Below are positions 16,973 to 29,100 of a DNA stretch of 63,012 bases, piece after piece. Made by a program: the position numbers and the translations under genes. The notes below the pieces were generated by a model. That model was not told where the DNA came from. It searched no databases and saw only the letters and a program-made list of their open reading frames with translations. Origin of the DNA: Eubacteriales bacterium (GTDB taxonomy: Bacteria > Bacillota > Clostridia > Oscillospirales > CAG-272); the NCBI GenBank assembly GCA_045613205.1, contig JAZLAO010000143.1, forward strand, positions 1 to 63,012, given 5' to 3'. Position 1 is the stretch's first letter, and each line of letters begins with the position of its first letter.

Positions 16973-18844
16973 TTAATCATCACCGCTTTCAGCAGCTTTT
17001 AGGATAAGAGCACTGATTGCGCCGGTGGCACGGCTGGCCTCCTCTGCTCTGAACTTTTCATCGGCAAGAATATCAAGATATTTTTTGGACCGAGTATTCG
17101 CTCCGATGAGCATGGGTGAAAAAAGGCTTTCCAGCTTTTTATTTAAGAATCTGTCGCCAAGTCTTCGCTCCAGCATTTTAACGGCAAAGGCGAGCTTTGG
17201 ATTTGTTGTGTAGATTCCTTCTACGAGAGGCTCTGCTATTTTATCGTTTGGAATCTCGGTCATTCGCATAAGCAGTCTTCCGTCCTCGCCAAATGAAAAC
17301 TTCATCTTTCTAGAGTTTGGCATCTCGGGGAAAATTATATCTACCTTATAGGTTTTATGTTTATCCTCGTTTTCCTCAAACTCGCCCAAAGCGCGAATGA
17401 TGTATTTTTCACCGTTTACATTCAGAATCGAGGTTTCGTACCTGTAAATTCCAACTTCAAATCGGTAATCCACGCCCCCCTCTCTCGATGTGAGGAAAAG
17501 CCTCTCACCGTCGCGCTCAAAGGTTATCGCCTCTATTCCGCCCGTGTAGTTGTTTTGCATTGCTCTGATAAATAGAGGAAGTATACCGTGGTTGTTTTGC
17601 GCGAAGGTATAAGCTCCAAGAATCTTATTCCAGCTATGGTCGAAAGGCATTTTGTTTTTAAGCCCTATTTTGTAAAGCAGACCGCGTTTTGTCTCTTTGG
17701 GGGTGGTATATCTTCGAGATGTGAAAAATTCTTTTTCCTTCTTTCTTAAGCGCGCGAGGGCTCTTGTGTCGTAGGTGTCTGATGATATTTTTTCACCGAG
17801 ATATCTCTGGATTATTTCAATTACAGCGCTTTTTTGGAAAAGCTCGTTGTTTTCACAGTTTACTACGACTACGAGATTATTACGCGGGCAAACCCAGACG
17901 TTTTGTCCCAGCATACCGTTGAAGAGAAATTCGTCATTGTGACGGTGTACCCAAATCTGATAACCGTAGTTGAAATCTCCTGTGGTTTCGGGGGAGCGCA
18001 TTTGTGTCGAAGTGCTTTTCTGAACCCAAGCTTTAGGCAGAATCCTTTTACCCTCAAAAACACCGCCTGAGAGCATCATAACTCCAATCTTCGCCCAGCT
18101 TTCCGCTGAAAGATGCACCCCCCAGCCGCCTTTTTCGATTCCCTCCGGGCCAATCTCCCAGAATACGTTGCTGATACCTAAAGGACGGAATATTCTGTCT
18201 TCAAGAAAACTTGTGAGCGACATTCCGCTTATTCGGACTACAATACGGCCGAGGATGTAGGAATTCATACTGTTATATGCAAAATTTTCACCCGGAGCGA
18301 AAGATAGACGCGACTCGAAGAATGCTTTCGTCCACTCGCTCTCAGTCACCGAGCCTGCTTCGGAAAAAGGAACGCCCGTGCTCATTGCAAGCAGGTGATG
18401 GACGGTCATGTTTTCAAATCTACGGTCTACGTAGCGGTATTCCGGGAAAATATCTGCGACTCTCGTGTCAAGCGAGAGCTTTTTTTCGCTTATAAGAAAT
18501 CCTATAGCCATACCGGTGAGGGATTTAGACATAGAGTGCGAAAGATGGCGGATATTTACGTCATAGCCGGGGGCGGAGCATTCCGAAATAACCTCGTTGC
18601 CCTTTAAAATCATAATGTTGTGTAGATTTGCGCGAGGATTTTCCTCAAGCGCTGTAAGCATTTCGTATATACGCTTCGAGGATATGCCGCAACGCTCAGG
18701 CGATGTACGCCGAAAATATTTAGCTTCAAATTTTGATACTTCGGTTTTAGAAGGTGAGTAGGGAACCACGGCGGGATTTTTTTTATTTGTGAAGGCAAGA
18801 CCTATTATAAGCTCAAGTGCCCTGTTTTTCCATTTAGATGCCAT
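16973..18844 (-). CDS. Serine hydrolase, beta-lactamase/class C-like fold with C-terminal extension
   Basis: SxxK (SMSK), FAYNS, HLLAMSTG, YGYQIW, GMLGQ; no signal peptide. Confidence 0.85.
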   Translation of the reverse strand: MASKWKNRALELIIGLAFTNKKNPAVVPYSPSKTEVSKFEAKYFRRTSPERCGISSKRIYEMLTALEENPRANLHNIMILKGNEVISECSAPGYDVNIRHLSHSMSKSLTGMAIGFLISEKKLSLDTRVADIFPEYRYVDRRFENMTVHHLLAMSTGVPFSEAGSVTESEWTKAFFESRLSFAPGENFAYNSMNSYILGRIVVRISGMSLTSFLEDRIFRPLGISNVFWEIGPEGIEKGGWGVHLSAESWAKIGVMMLSGGVFEGKRILPKAWVQKSTSTQMRSPETTGDFNYGYQIWVHRHNDEFLFNGMLGQNVWVCPRNNLVVVVNCENNELFQKSAVIEIIQRYLGEKISSDTYDTRALARLRKKEKEFFTSRRYTTPKETKRGLLYKIGLKNKMPFDHSWNKILGAYTFAQNNHGILPLFIRAMQNNYTGGIEAITFERDGERLFLTSREGGVDYRFEVGIYRYETSILNVNGEKYIIRALGEFEENEDKHKTYKVDIIFPEMPNSRKMKFSFGEDGRLLMRMTEIPNDKIAEPLVEGIYTTNPKLAFAVKMLERRLGDRFLNKKLESLFSPMLIGANTRSKKYLDILADEKFRAEEASRATGAISALILKAAESGDD

Positions 18845-18879
18845 CGTTTAATTTCCTTAGTTTACTACTTATTATTGTA

Positions 18880-19791
18880 TTACAATAGGGCGGAAAAATT
18901 CAACAAATCACCGATAAAACCAAAAGCCGTACCGCAAAGAACTAAAATCGCTGTTATCAATAGGTTTTCTTTAGGATTTTTGTTTACCTTATATAGTATA
19001 AGAAGTCCGACGCCCGCACCCGAAAAGAGACCTGAAAGCATAGTTCCGACGGTGACAATTCCCTCTATACACAGGTTTGTCAGAGTCACAGATACGGCAC
19101 AGTTCGGAATTAGACCGATAACAGATGCTATAACGTGGCTGATTATAGGTCTGTCGTACATAATTTTGGAAATATTTTCGCTTCCGACGAATAAAACGAG
19201 TGCGTTTATCGCAAAAGTTATTATAAGAATAAATCCGCCGATTGTTAGGGTATGGTGCAGCGCGGATAAGAAAATACCGCGTTCGCAGTGACAGCCCTCT
19301 TCCTCGCATATTCCGTCAATGTCTATCGACCTTCTTTGGCGGTGCGAAAGCTTTAATACGAGGTCTACGATAAAGCCGACTAGTATTCCGACCGCAGTTT
19401 TATATCCTAAAATCGCAAGTATTGCGGGTGCGGAAATTTTACCGGATATAAGTATAGGAAGCATCTCATCCGAGGTTGAAAGAAAGATTGCTATTAAGGT
19501 TCCAAGGGTTATAACGCGACCCGTGTAAAAATTAGAGCCGGCTGCAGAGAAGCCGCATTGCGGAGCCGCGCCGAGAAGTCCACCGACAAGCGGTCCGAAA
19601 GAGCCCGAACGCTCAAGCAGCCCCTTTGTTTTTGCCGATGCCTTGTGCTCTATAAATTCCATAATCAGATATGTTATGAAAAGGAATGCAACAATTTTGA
19701 GAGTGTCAAGAATTCCGTGCAGCAATACCTCTTCGTACACCCGACTCCATATGTCCGTATGCTCGCTGTGAGCATGAAGTAAAGTCGTCAT
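18880..19791 (-). CDS. Putative divalent-metal permease (10-TM heavy-metal/Mn exporter-like family)
   Basis: GAAPQCGFS, TLGTLIAIFLSTSDEMLP, GLIPNCAVS; His/Cys-rich N-terminus and loop. Confidence 0.75.
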   Translation of the reverse strand: MTTLLHAHSEHTDIWSRVYEEVLLHGILDTLKIVAFLFITYLIMEFIEHKASAKTKGLLERSGSFGPLVGGLLGAAPQCGFSAAGSNFYTGRVITLGTLIAIFLSTSDEMLPILISGKISAPAILAILGYKTAVGILVGFIVDLVLKLSHRQRRSIDIDGICEEEGCHCERGIFLSALHHTLTIGGFILIITFAINALVLFVGSENISKIMYDRPIISHVIASVIGLIPNCAVSVTLTNLCIEGIVTVGTMLSGLFSGAGVGLLILYKVNKNPKENLLITAILVLCGTAFGFIGDLLNFSALL

Positions 19792-20192
19792 TTTGCACCT
19801 CTTCCGTTATAGAGACAGCCTTCGCATTTTCCGAAAATCATAGCTCCGCCGTCAAGCATAAAGCCTTCTGATTTTAAAATTCTTCGTTCCAGAATGTGTG
19901 AGGTTACGTCGTCAAGGTGGATAAGTTTTCCGCATTCCTTGCATTTTAGATGAAGATGCTCGGAGCAGGAAAGCGAGCCGATATACTGATACGTAATACG
20001 GCGTGTTTTGACATCGGAGATACGGTGAACAGCTCCGTCTTCAACCAGTCTTGCTATGAGTCGGTACACGGTGCTTTTTCCGCGCTCGTCATCAAGAATA
20101 TTTTTGCAAATCTCTTCAGCTGTGTAGGCTTCGTTTGGATGGCTTGAAAGAAAGTCAATAAGCCTTGTCCTTTTTTCAGTGTTGTAAATCAT
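19788..20192 (-). CDS. Fur family transcriptional regulator
   Basis: STVYRLI..L.EDG, HLHLKCKECGK, FGKCEGC; ATGA-coupled to permease. Confidence 0.9.
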   Translation of the reverse strand: MIYNTEKRTRLIDFLSSHPNEAYTAEEICKNILDDERGKSTVYRLIARLVEDGAVHRISDVKTRRITYQYIGSLSCSEHLHLKCKECGKLIHLDDVTSHILERRILKSEGFMLDGGAMIFGKCEGCLYNGRGAK

Positions 20193-20215
20193 ATACTATC
20201 CTTACTTTTTAAAAA

Positions 20216-20269
20216 TGAGAATTACTCTCAATTCTTATATATAATACAACTTTTATAAGCAAATGTCAA
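20216..20269 (-). promoter_or_regulatory. Fur-operon promoter with Fur-like box just downstream
   Basis: TTGACA-17-TATTAT; 7-1-7 TGAGAAT-T-ACTCTCA at 20216-20230. Confidence 0.7.
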
Positions 20270-20296
20270 TAGCAAGAATATGCATATTCAAATTTG

Positions 20297-20323
20297 TTAG
20301 CACTCTTGCGACTCAAGTGCCAA
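20297..20323 (+). promoter_or_regulatory. CIRCE element (HrcA operator) upstream of clpB
   Basis: TTAGCACTC-N9-AAGTGCCAA, 2 mismatches to TTAGCACTC-N9-GAGTGCTAA. Confidence 0.8.
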
Positions 20324-20422
20324 TGTTTACATAAAATACATTAATTATACTTTGTTTGTTCATGATTTGGTAGTAAACTATAAGCAGATAAAAGAGAAGT
20401 GTGTTAAAAGGAGGAGCAAAAT

Positions 20423-23029
20423 ATGAACTTTGAAAAATTTACTTCAAAAAGCATACAGACACTCGAGGCGGCAAAAGCCGCAGCGGATGAAAGAGGAAAT
20501 CAGGAAATTGCCAACCTGCATTTTTTGTTTGCGCTTCTTTCTGACGAGGGTGGTTTAATCCCTGAGCTTGTGCGAGCTCTTGGAAAAAACGAAAAGGAGC
20601 TTCTCACAGGCGTAAAAGCCGAGTTAGATGCGCTTCCGCGGGTTTCGGGCGGAGGATATTCTTCTGACAGAGTCTATCTTTCTCGCGAAGCGGAGAAGAT
20701 GCTTAAGGATTCCGACAGATTACGCAGTGAGCTGTCCGACGAATATATTTCGGTAGAGCATATTATGCTTGCCCTTATAGAATCAAGAGATGAAAAAATA
20801 TCTGCGATATTCAGAAAATACGGAATAAGTAAAAATGAATTTCTGACTGCGCTGAAGAAAGTAAGAGGTAATGTTAAGGTGACAAATGAAAATCCCGAGG
20901 GAACGTATAACGTTCTTGAAAAATACGGTCAGGACCTTGTTGCTCTGGCGCGCGAGCATAAGCTTGACCCTGTGATAGGCCGTGACGATGAAATAAGAAA
21001 CGTAATAAGAATACTCTCGCGAAAATCAAAGAACAATCCCTGCCTTATAGGAGAGCCGGGCGTAGGAAAAACAGCAATAGCAGAGGGCTTGGCGCAGAGA
21101 ATTGTGCGCGGTGACGTCCCTGATAATCTTAAGGACAGGACTGTTTTTTCTCTTGATATGGGCGCGCTTATAGCAGGCGCAAAGTATCGCGGAGAATTTG
21201 AGGAGCGTCTTAAAGCCGTGCTTTCAGAGATAAGCTCAAGCGACGGCAAAATAATACTGTTTATAGATGAGCTTCACACGATAGTAGGAGCGGGAAAGAC
21301 CGACGGAGCTATGGACGCGGGTAATATACTCAAGCCGATGCTTGCAAGGGGAGAGCTTCATTGTATAGGAGCAACCACACTCAACGAGTACCGAAAGTAT
21401 ATAGAGAAGGATGCCGCGCTTGAGAGGCGTTTTCAGCCGGTCCTCGTTCCCGAGCCTACCGTCGCTGACACGATAGCTATACTTCGCGGACTTCGCGAGC
21501 GTTACGAGGTATATCACGGGGTGAAGATTCACGACAGCTCGCTCATTGCCGCGGCAACCCTTTCAAACAGATATATATCGGACAGATTTCTGCCTGACAA
21601 AGCAATCGACCTCGTCGATGAGGCTTGCGCGCTTATAAAGACCGAAATGAATTCTATGCCCACAGAGATGGACGAAATATCGAGAAAGATAATGCAGCTT
21701 GAAATAGAGGAAGCCGCACTGAAAAAGGAGAAGGATAAGCTCTCACGCGACAGACTTTCAAAAATAAAAGAAGAGCTTTCGGAAATGCGTGATAAGTTCA
21801 GCGAAATGAAGGTAAGGTGGGAAAACGAAAAGGAAACTATAGGAAAGGCAAGCAGTATCCGTGAGGAAATAGAGCGTGTGGGCGCTGAGATTGAGCGCGC
21901 TGAAAACGAATACAATCTTTCCCGTGCCGCAGAGCTTAAATACGGAAAGCTGCCGGGCCTCAAAGCCGAGCTTGAAGCGGCGGAAAAGGCGGAAGCCTCA
22001 AGAGGCGCAGGCTCGCTTCTAAGGAACTCTGTTAATGAAGAAGAAATAGCGAAAATCGTCGCACGGTGGACGGGTATTCCCATATCCAAGCTTATGGAGG
22101 GAGAACGGGAAAAGCTTCTCGGAATGGAAGATATAATTCACAAACGCGTAATAGGACAGGACGAGGGAGTAACCAAGGTTTGCAATGCTATTTTACGCTC
22201 CCGTGCCGGAATACGCGACCCCAAGCGCCCTATCGGCTCGTTTATGTTTCTCGGCCCCACGGGAGTCGGAAAAACCGAGCTTGCAAAGGCTCTTGCCGCA
22301 TCTCTGTTTGACGACGAAAAGAATATCGTCAGAATAGATATGTCGGAATATATGGAAAAATACAGCGTCTCAAGGCTTATTGGAGCTCCTCCCGGATACG
22401 TTGGATATGACGAGGGAGGCCAGCTTACCGAAGCGGTAAGGAGGAAGCCTTATGCAGTAGTGCTGTTTGACGAGGTCGAAAAGGCGCACCCCGACGTATT
22501 TAATATTTTACTTCAGGTGCTTGATGACGGACGTATAACCGACAGCCAGGGCAGAACGGTCGATTTTAAAAACACTATTATAATAATGACCTCTAATCTC
22601 GGTTCGGATATCATACTTGACGGAATCCGTGACGGTGAAATTTCGGAAGAGGCGCGCAGTATGATTGATTCTCTTCTGAAACGCTCGTTCAGACCGGAGT
22701 TCTTAAACCGACTTGACGAAATAATCTATTTCAAGCCGCTGACGAAGGAAAATATCACTGCTATCGTCGACATCGCAATAGCTTCGCTCTCAGCGCGCCT
22801 GGCTGATAAGCGCATAGAGATACTCGTAACCGATTCGGCACGCGACTATATTATAGAGTCAGCGTATGACCCGATATACGGAGCGAGACCCTTGAAAAGA
22901 TTTCTTTCTTCTAATATAGAAACGCTTATCGCAAAGAAGCTTATCGGTGAGGACGTGGCTCCGGATTCGCGCATCACGATAGATTATGACGGAGCGGCAT
23001 TAAGCGCAATGACGGCTGATGCTGTCTGA
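20423..23029 (+). CDS. clpB: ATP-dependent chaperone ClpB
   Basis: Two AAA modules ([16 protein letters not shown]), coiled-coil middle domain with ELKYG, no IGF/ClpP-binding loop. Confidence 0.96.
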   Translation: MNFEKFTSKSIQTLEAAKAAADERGNQEIANLHFLFALLSDEGGLIPELVRALGKNEKELLTGVKAELDALPRVSGGGYSSDRVYLSREAEKMLKDSDRLRSELSDEYISVEHIMLALIESRDEKISAIFRKYGISKNEFLTALKKVRGNVKVTNENPEGTYNVLEKYGQDLVALAREHKLDPVIGRDDEIRNVIRILSRKSKNNPCLIGEPGVGKTAIAEGLAQRIVRGDVPDNLKDRTVFSLDMGALIAGAKYRGEFEERLKAVLSEISSSDGKIILFIDELHTIVGAGKTDGAMDAGNILKPMLARGELHCIGATTLNEYRKYIEKDAALERRFQPVLVPEPTVADTIAILRGLRERYEVYHGVKIHDSSLIAAATLSNRYISDRFLPDKAIDLVDEACALIKTEMNSMPTEMDEISRKIMQLEIEEAALKKEKDKLSRDRLSKIKEELSEMRDKFSEMKVRWENEKETIGKASSIREEIERVGAEIERAENEYNLSRAAELKYGKLPGLKAELEAAEKAEASRGAGSLLRNSVNEEEIAKIVARWTGIPISKLMEGEREKLLGMEDIIHKRVIGQDEGVTKVCNAILRSRAGIRDPKRPIGSFMFLGPTGVGKTELAKALAASLFDDEKNIVRIDMSEYMEKYSVSRLIGAPPGYVGYDEGGQLTEAVRRKPYAVVLFDEVEKAHPDVFNILLQVLDDGRITDSQGRTVDFKNTIIIMTSNLGSDIILDGIRDGEISEEARSMIDSLLKRSFRPEFLNRLDEIIYFKPLTKENITAIVDIAIASLSARLADKRIEILVTDSARDYIIESAYDPIYGARPLKRFLSSNIETLIAKKLIGEDVAPDSRITIDYDGAALSAMTADAV

Positions 23030-23055
23030 ATTTGACTATCCCTTTATCAAACTTT

Positions 23056-23095
23056 AGGGGCTGTCTCAAATTTGCATTTGAGACAGCCCCTTTTG
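23056..23095. terminator. Bidirectional terminator
   Basis: AGGGGCTGTCTCAAA-tttgca-TTTGAGACAGCCCCT. Confidence 0.8.
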
Positions 23096-23115
23096 GCTTG
23101 AATTTTGAATTTAAA

Positions 23116-26100
23116 TTAACCAATAGGAATGAGGGGAGAGTCTTCCTCTTTATATCCGTAGGGGCTCTCCGCACCGCAGTGCTCACAGCTGTCGCCAACG
23201 TAGTGGTGACCTGTAGCAGGAACAACCTCCTGCTCTTTGATAGTTTCACCGCAAGCCTCGCAGTGCTTACCCTCGGTAAGACCTGTTTCGGTACAGGTAG
23301 GCGCTACTGCCTCGTCGGTTACGACGTTGGTATGAGCTGCGGGAACTGTTTCTTGTGTCACTATAACCTCACCGCAAGCCTCGCAGTGCTTACCCTCGGT
23401 AAGACCAGTTTCGGTACAGGTAGGCGCTACTGCCTCGTCGGTTACGACGTTGGTATGAGCTGCGGGAACTATTTCTTGTGTCACTGTAACCTCACCGCAA
23501 ACGGAGCAGTGCTTACCCTCGGTAAGACCAGTTTCGGTGCAGGTAGGCTCTACTGCCTCGTCTGTAACCTCGGTGTGACCTGTTGCATCAACAACAGTCT
23601 GCTTAACGGTAACTTCGCCGCAAACCGAGCAGTGCTTACCCTCGGTAAGACCTGTTTCGGTACAGGTAGGTGCTACTGCCTCGTCTGTAACCTCGGTGTG
23701 ACCTTTTGCATCAATCAGTATTGTTTCTCTTGAAAGCTCCTCACCGCAGGAACAGTAAACTACACTATCGTAAGAACCGTTCTCCGTACAGGTAGCTTCT
23801 GTTAGGTTTTCCTCTACAGTATTGAGGGGGGCGTGTTCGTGCACATCAGTACCGCATATCCAGTACTTGTAGAGGTTTGCCCTAAGAGCTGTTGCATTAC
23901 CTTCCTTGTCGTTATTATCAAGGGTAAGCTCTGTTCCGCTCGTTGCGTCGAGGCTGTCTGCCAAGAACCAATCGTACGGATTTTCAAAGGTTGCGCTTAC
24001 AAGGCCTGAGCAGTATCTGAAAGCTCCCGTGCCGATCCTTGTTACGCTTTTGGGAATTGTTATACTCGTAATGGATGAAGATTTAAATGCTTCATTGTCA
24101 ATTAATTTTACGGGAAGCCCGTTGTACTCGTCAGCGATAACTACTTCGGTTGCCGTGCCGTTGTATCCTACAACCTTCGCATAGGTTCCGTCCTCGGACA
24201 CCTCGTACTTAAGTCCAATAGAAATTGCGGTATCATTAAAGAAGGTTGATGCGACCTTTGCGGCATCAAGGTAGCTGTAATAGTTGTAACCCTGAGTATT
24301 GTTAACGACGGTTATACTCGTAGGAGGGGTTATAATATTGCGGTTTTCTTTGCCGCCGTTGTATCTGAAGGCGTAGTCTACGTAATCGCCTGCCTTTTCC
24401 ACAATCTCCGAATGAAGAATACCTTGGATGTTCGTCAGCTCCATTTCGTATTTCAGAATTTCTTCTTCGCCGTTACCGTCTTCTTCGGTATCTTCTATGA
24501 CATTGCCGTCGCTGTCAACCTTTGCTCCGGCACCGGGTATGACTACGCCGTCACCGTTGACGTCAAAGTGGAAACTGTTATCAACGTATCCGTCTAGGTC
24601 TTTGTCAACAATAGAATATTTTTTGTAGCTGGCCGGAATTTCGGTTTCTATTTCTTCTGTATCCGTATCTTCAAACGCAGACATCGGGATTCCATGCTCG
24701 GGGTCTAGGGTGTATATTCCGACCTTGCCGTCGCCGTTAACGTCAAACTTGGTGCTGTCATCAACGTATCCGTCATTGTCGGCGTCAACAACGGGATATT
24801 TTTTGTAGCCGGATACAATTTCGGTAATTATTTCGGTGATGCCGTCCTTTTCAAATTGCGACATAGGAAGTACGTAAGTCGACGTTTTCGTAAATTCTAC
24901 TTTTATACTGTTGTGATGTAATGATCCGCTTATTTTTCCATCGTTCCACGGCAGCTTCTCGCTTCCGTCCATTATTCCGTCACCGTTTTTATCACCAATC
25001 ATCATTTTATAGATTGATAGAGTGTTTGCTGTTTCTTCAAGATGAAGATTGGGTTCACTGACAAAGTTATGTCCGTACATATTTATCTGATCAACCGTTT
25101 CAGCGGTAACTACATCGCCGTTCTCGCGTTTTAGAAGGTCGTTTCCTGTAATTTCCTTTGTACCGAGCGTTTTATAATAGGTTAAGCCGTCAATAAGAAC
25201 GTCGGGGAACTGACACTTGTATCCAAAATCCCAGTTAGTAAATTGAGAGGAAACTATTTTTTGAGTTCCCGAGGAATACAAGGCAGCAACGTTCTTTAAG
25301 GTCAAGGTGCCGTTCCAGGTGTATCCGTAGTCGCTTCTAAGGCTCATAAGAGTACCGCTGCTGTGTATGTTGGAGTTTTCAACGGTGAAGTCGCCCCAGC
25401 CGCCAATTGCGATAAGCTGAACGTCGCTGTTGATTATTTTTCCGTTACAAAGGCCCTTGTGAGCGTCAAGACGCGCAATTCTTGAATTAACGTAAGCGAA
25501 ATTCTTTAGGTTGTTTCCGCCCATCGTACCCCAGCAAGGCTGAAGGAAATTCGAGTTTAGAGGTGACAAAGACAGCTGAGTATTGTTTGAAATTTCAGCG
25601 TCAGCGAAATAGGTATCGGGGTTAACGTAGAAATTCGTCTGCTCGCAGGTATCGAATACACAGTTGTTTACCATGTATATGCTTATTTCATAGGATGATC
25701 TGCCCGAGGCATAGAGTCTTCTTCCCTGAAGCTTGCAGTTATAGAATGTAACGTCGCTTGTATTTGTTGCACAGAAAAATCCCGAGTAGGTTGCCCCGTT
25801 CATCTGTACTTGCTTCTTGACTCCGTTTTCTTCCGTTATTTGAAGCTTGTGCTCACCGATTATGTTGTGATTGAGGTTTTCGACTCTTGTGTTCGGGCGC
25901 TGAACGTCAAATCCGCGGCCTATTTGTATTCTGTCTTCAATTCTTCCTTGCGTGATAAACTCCGGTACGATAGTGGTTATATTTCCGCCGCTTATCGTGA
26001 TCTTGGGAATATCGATATTGTAAACCGTGAGGCTATCAAGATTAGAGTAGGTGAATATCGGAGGTGTCGTAGGATCAAGGTTGCCTTTTTCGTCGATAAC

Positions 26101-29100
26101 GATAAGCTCCTGCATTGCCTCGCCCTCAAGGTTTCCGCTGCCTCTGTATGCTCCCTGACGTCTGAAGACCTTATGCTCTGAGTTCAGCGTAACTATCATC
26201 GCGCGATAGCCGAGAGTAAGATCGATTTTTTTGGTTGTGGGGGTAAGATTAACTGCTTGACTCGCTATAGCCTCAAGCGTTGCTTCGTCGGTTATAGTTG
26301 ATGCTTCAAGATGTGATTTAACGACGAATACGTCCTCACCGCTGGATTTTTGCAGCTCGGAGTCGTCAAGGATAAAGCGTGCGTTCCCCCAGTTGACGTT
26401 CGTTTCTATAACGATTTGATTGTGGGGCGTTTTGTTAACAGTTTTTATGTCAGCAGTATTTATATAGTAAATAGCGGAGTTGTCTGCACAAACCGTGTGT
26501 CTTTTGCTTGCGTTAGCAAAGTCGTGTGTCTCTATTAAAGCGTAGAGCGCGGTTTCGAGAACACCGCTTTCTTTGATTTTATCAAGAACTGTATGCTCTC
26601 CGCTGCAACAAACGTCGTCATTGTACCATTGGTTTATATCTGTCGTAATTTCTTTTTCTTCAAGTAAAGACATATCGACTGTAGGTACGCCAAAGTCGGA
26701 ATAATAAATCTTATCGGTATAGTAGCTGTCAGTAAAGGTCGAGCCGAAATCAAAGCTCTTGTTAAGGGTTGCGATATTCTTGTTTATAAAGTTTGCCATT
26801 CCGTTTTCAATAAAGGATTTGAATGAGCAGTTTATAACAAGGCTCTTACCGTTAACTCTTACCTCAAAGTCGTAATCGTGGGTAGGCTCAGTGAGGTTTA
26901 CATAGATGCCGTTCTTTCCGGCGGGTGTGTGTCTCAGTATATCAAGTCTTTTACCGGTCTTCGTAAGGATTGCATCCTTGAGTGCCTTTGCGACACCGTA
27001 TTCCTCAAGGTCTGCAACTATTACGTAGTTTTCGGAGTTTACCTCTTCACCGGCTATGCTGATATTTACAGTGGGAGTATCCGGAGTTGAGGTGTCCTTA
27101 ATATAGGCGCGGGCAGCTTCGGAGTATGCCCATATCGCACCGTTAAGGGCAACGAGAGTATCATTAGCGTCTTGCTTTGCGAAGAGATAGTTTGCAAGTG
27201 AGTAAGAATAGTCGGCATCTCCGTCACCGTTAATGTCTGCGGTTATCCTTTCGCAAAGGTCAGCGGCTCTGAGATAGAGAACGTAGGCAGAACCTCCGGA
27301 AACGTCTACGGTTTTTTCAACTCTCTTGAGATTCTCAGTATAGGAGAAGGTTACGTTACCACCGGCATTATCCGTAAAGTAGAATACAAAGCCAACCTGC
27401 TTTCCCGGTGAGAGTGTTGCACCGCTGAAATAAGGTGCTTCCGAATTTTCTTTAATCTGTGTGTCGTTCTTATTATTCGAAGCAATATCTAAAAGAGATT
27501 GCGTGTCAACGTCTTTGTAAGGAAGCACCTTGTTGTCTACATAGGCAAAATAGTTCATCGTTGCCTTTATGTAGGTTCTGGTAGCTCTGACTAGGTCCTT
27601 TGCTGAATCCGTAAAGTTTGCCGCTTCTACTTTGTCGGCATAGTCGAATATTGAGAATTCGAGCTCCTTGGTTACGGTTTCGCCAAATGCGCCCTTCATT
27701 TCGATAACCAGTCTGTATTCCGAGTCACCCTCGGTAGCAAGGATATCCTGGCTGACTACGTAATGCTCAACACCCGAAATGACTTGTGTTTTGCTTTCGT
27801 CAAACGTAACGTCTGCGAGCCGAGTGCCGTCTGCGCTTTCAATCCATTTGCCGGTTATCGTATCTGAATCGCCTGCGGTCTTGGGAATGTAAAGGTTAAA
27901 GGTGAAGCTCGAGTGCAAGAAAACGTTCGCTTGAACGGTGAACTTGATAATAGGAGTGAGCGTGTAGGTGCAGTCGCCTGACTCCTTTGTGGTGGTTATT
28001 TTCGGGAGGTAATCGTAGGTATAAACGTCGGATGAAGGCGCAGAGAACGCGTGCGCCGGGTACACGTCTGAATTCACCCATTTTTCCGTTGTTGCATTGC
28101 CGTCTACAACCCATGTGATATCTACGCAGTCGCTGCTATTCGTCAGCGTGTATAAAACCGGGATTTGTTTTTCGCTGATCTCGGTAATATCCCAGAATCC
28201 CGACCATTTTGCAGAGAAAGAAATTATATTTTCCAGAACGCTGGTTCTTGCCAGTACTGCTGAGTTATTGTTTTCATAGCTTTCGGTGGGCAGTGTACTG
28301 AATTTACAGTCTATGTATTCGGGCTCGCCTTTTTTGAGAGTGTGTATAGTGCTGCCGATAAGAGTACAGCCCTCAAGCTTAACGTGCGAGGCTTTCGTAT
28401 GATGCTCTTCATCGTAATCCGATTCATAGACACCCGACAGAACTGTTCCATCTGTATAAAGTGTACAGTTAGTCATTTCTACGTCGCCGTCGGCAGGGGA
28501 TGCGTAATAGTTACTTCCTACTATCTTCTCATTTCGTGCAAAGTTTAAAACAGCTCCGTTGACCGTTGAAATAAAACGCGCGCCGTTTGCAGATATATCG
28601 GTGCCGGTAGATACGTCGATCATTGCACCGGAAAGCGCCGAAACGCTGTAATGAGTACCTCCGCCTACGTAGAACGAGGAGCTTGCGGCAGGTGCTGAGG
28701 TGCTATCTCTTTCGCCTGAAAAGAGTCTGGGAGCGTAGGTTTCAATATTATCGCCGTCGCAGTATACGTTGAAAATCTTTTCTGCCGAAGCAAGCGCACC
28801 GCTTTCATCAAGGGTGTGTGAAAGAACCGGTACGTTGTCGTTATTAACATTTTTGCCGTCAGGATTTCCGTCATTAACGTCTCCGAGGTATATATGAGCG
28901 TTTTTGACTCCGCCTTTTCTCATACCGAAGATCGGAGCGAATTTGCCCCTTTCAGTGTTGGCATCATCTTCCATGGTGTGGATTGCATGGATAGACGCTA
29001 CGTTTTCGTTATCGGATGAATATACGTAGAAGTTAGTGTTGGATTCTGCATTCAGTGAAACATAGTTGCCGCCGGCAGAACCACCGCCGGCAGTGGTTTT

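Noticed and set aside
23200-23850. Regular direct repeats as a CRISPR array
   Set aside because: 123-nt in-frame coding repeats with no unique spacers and no cas genes.
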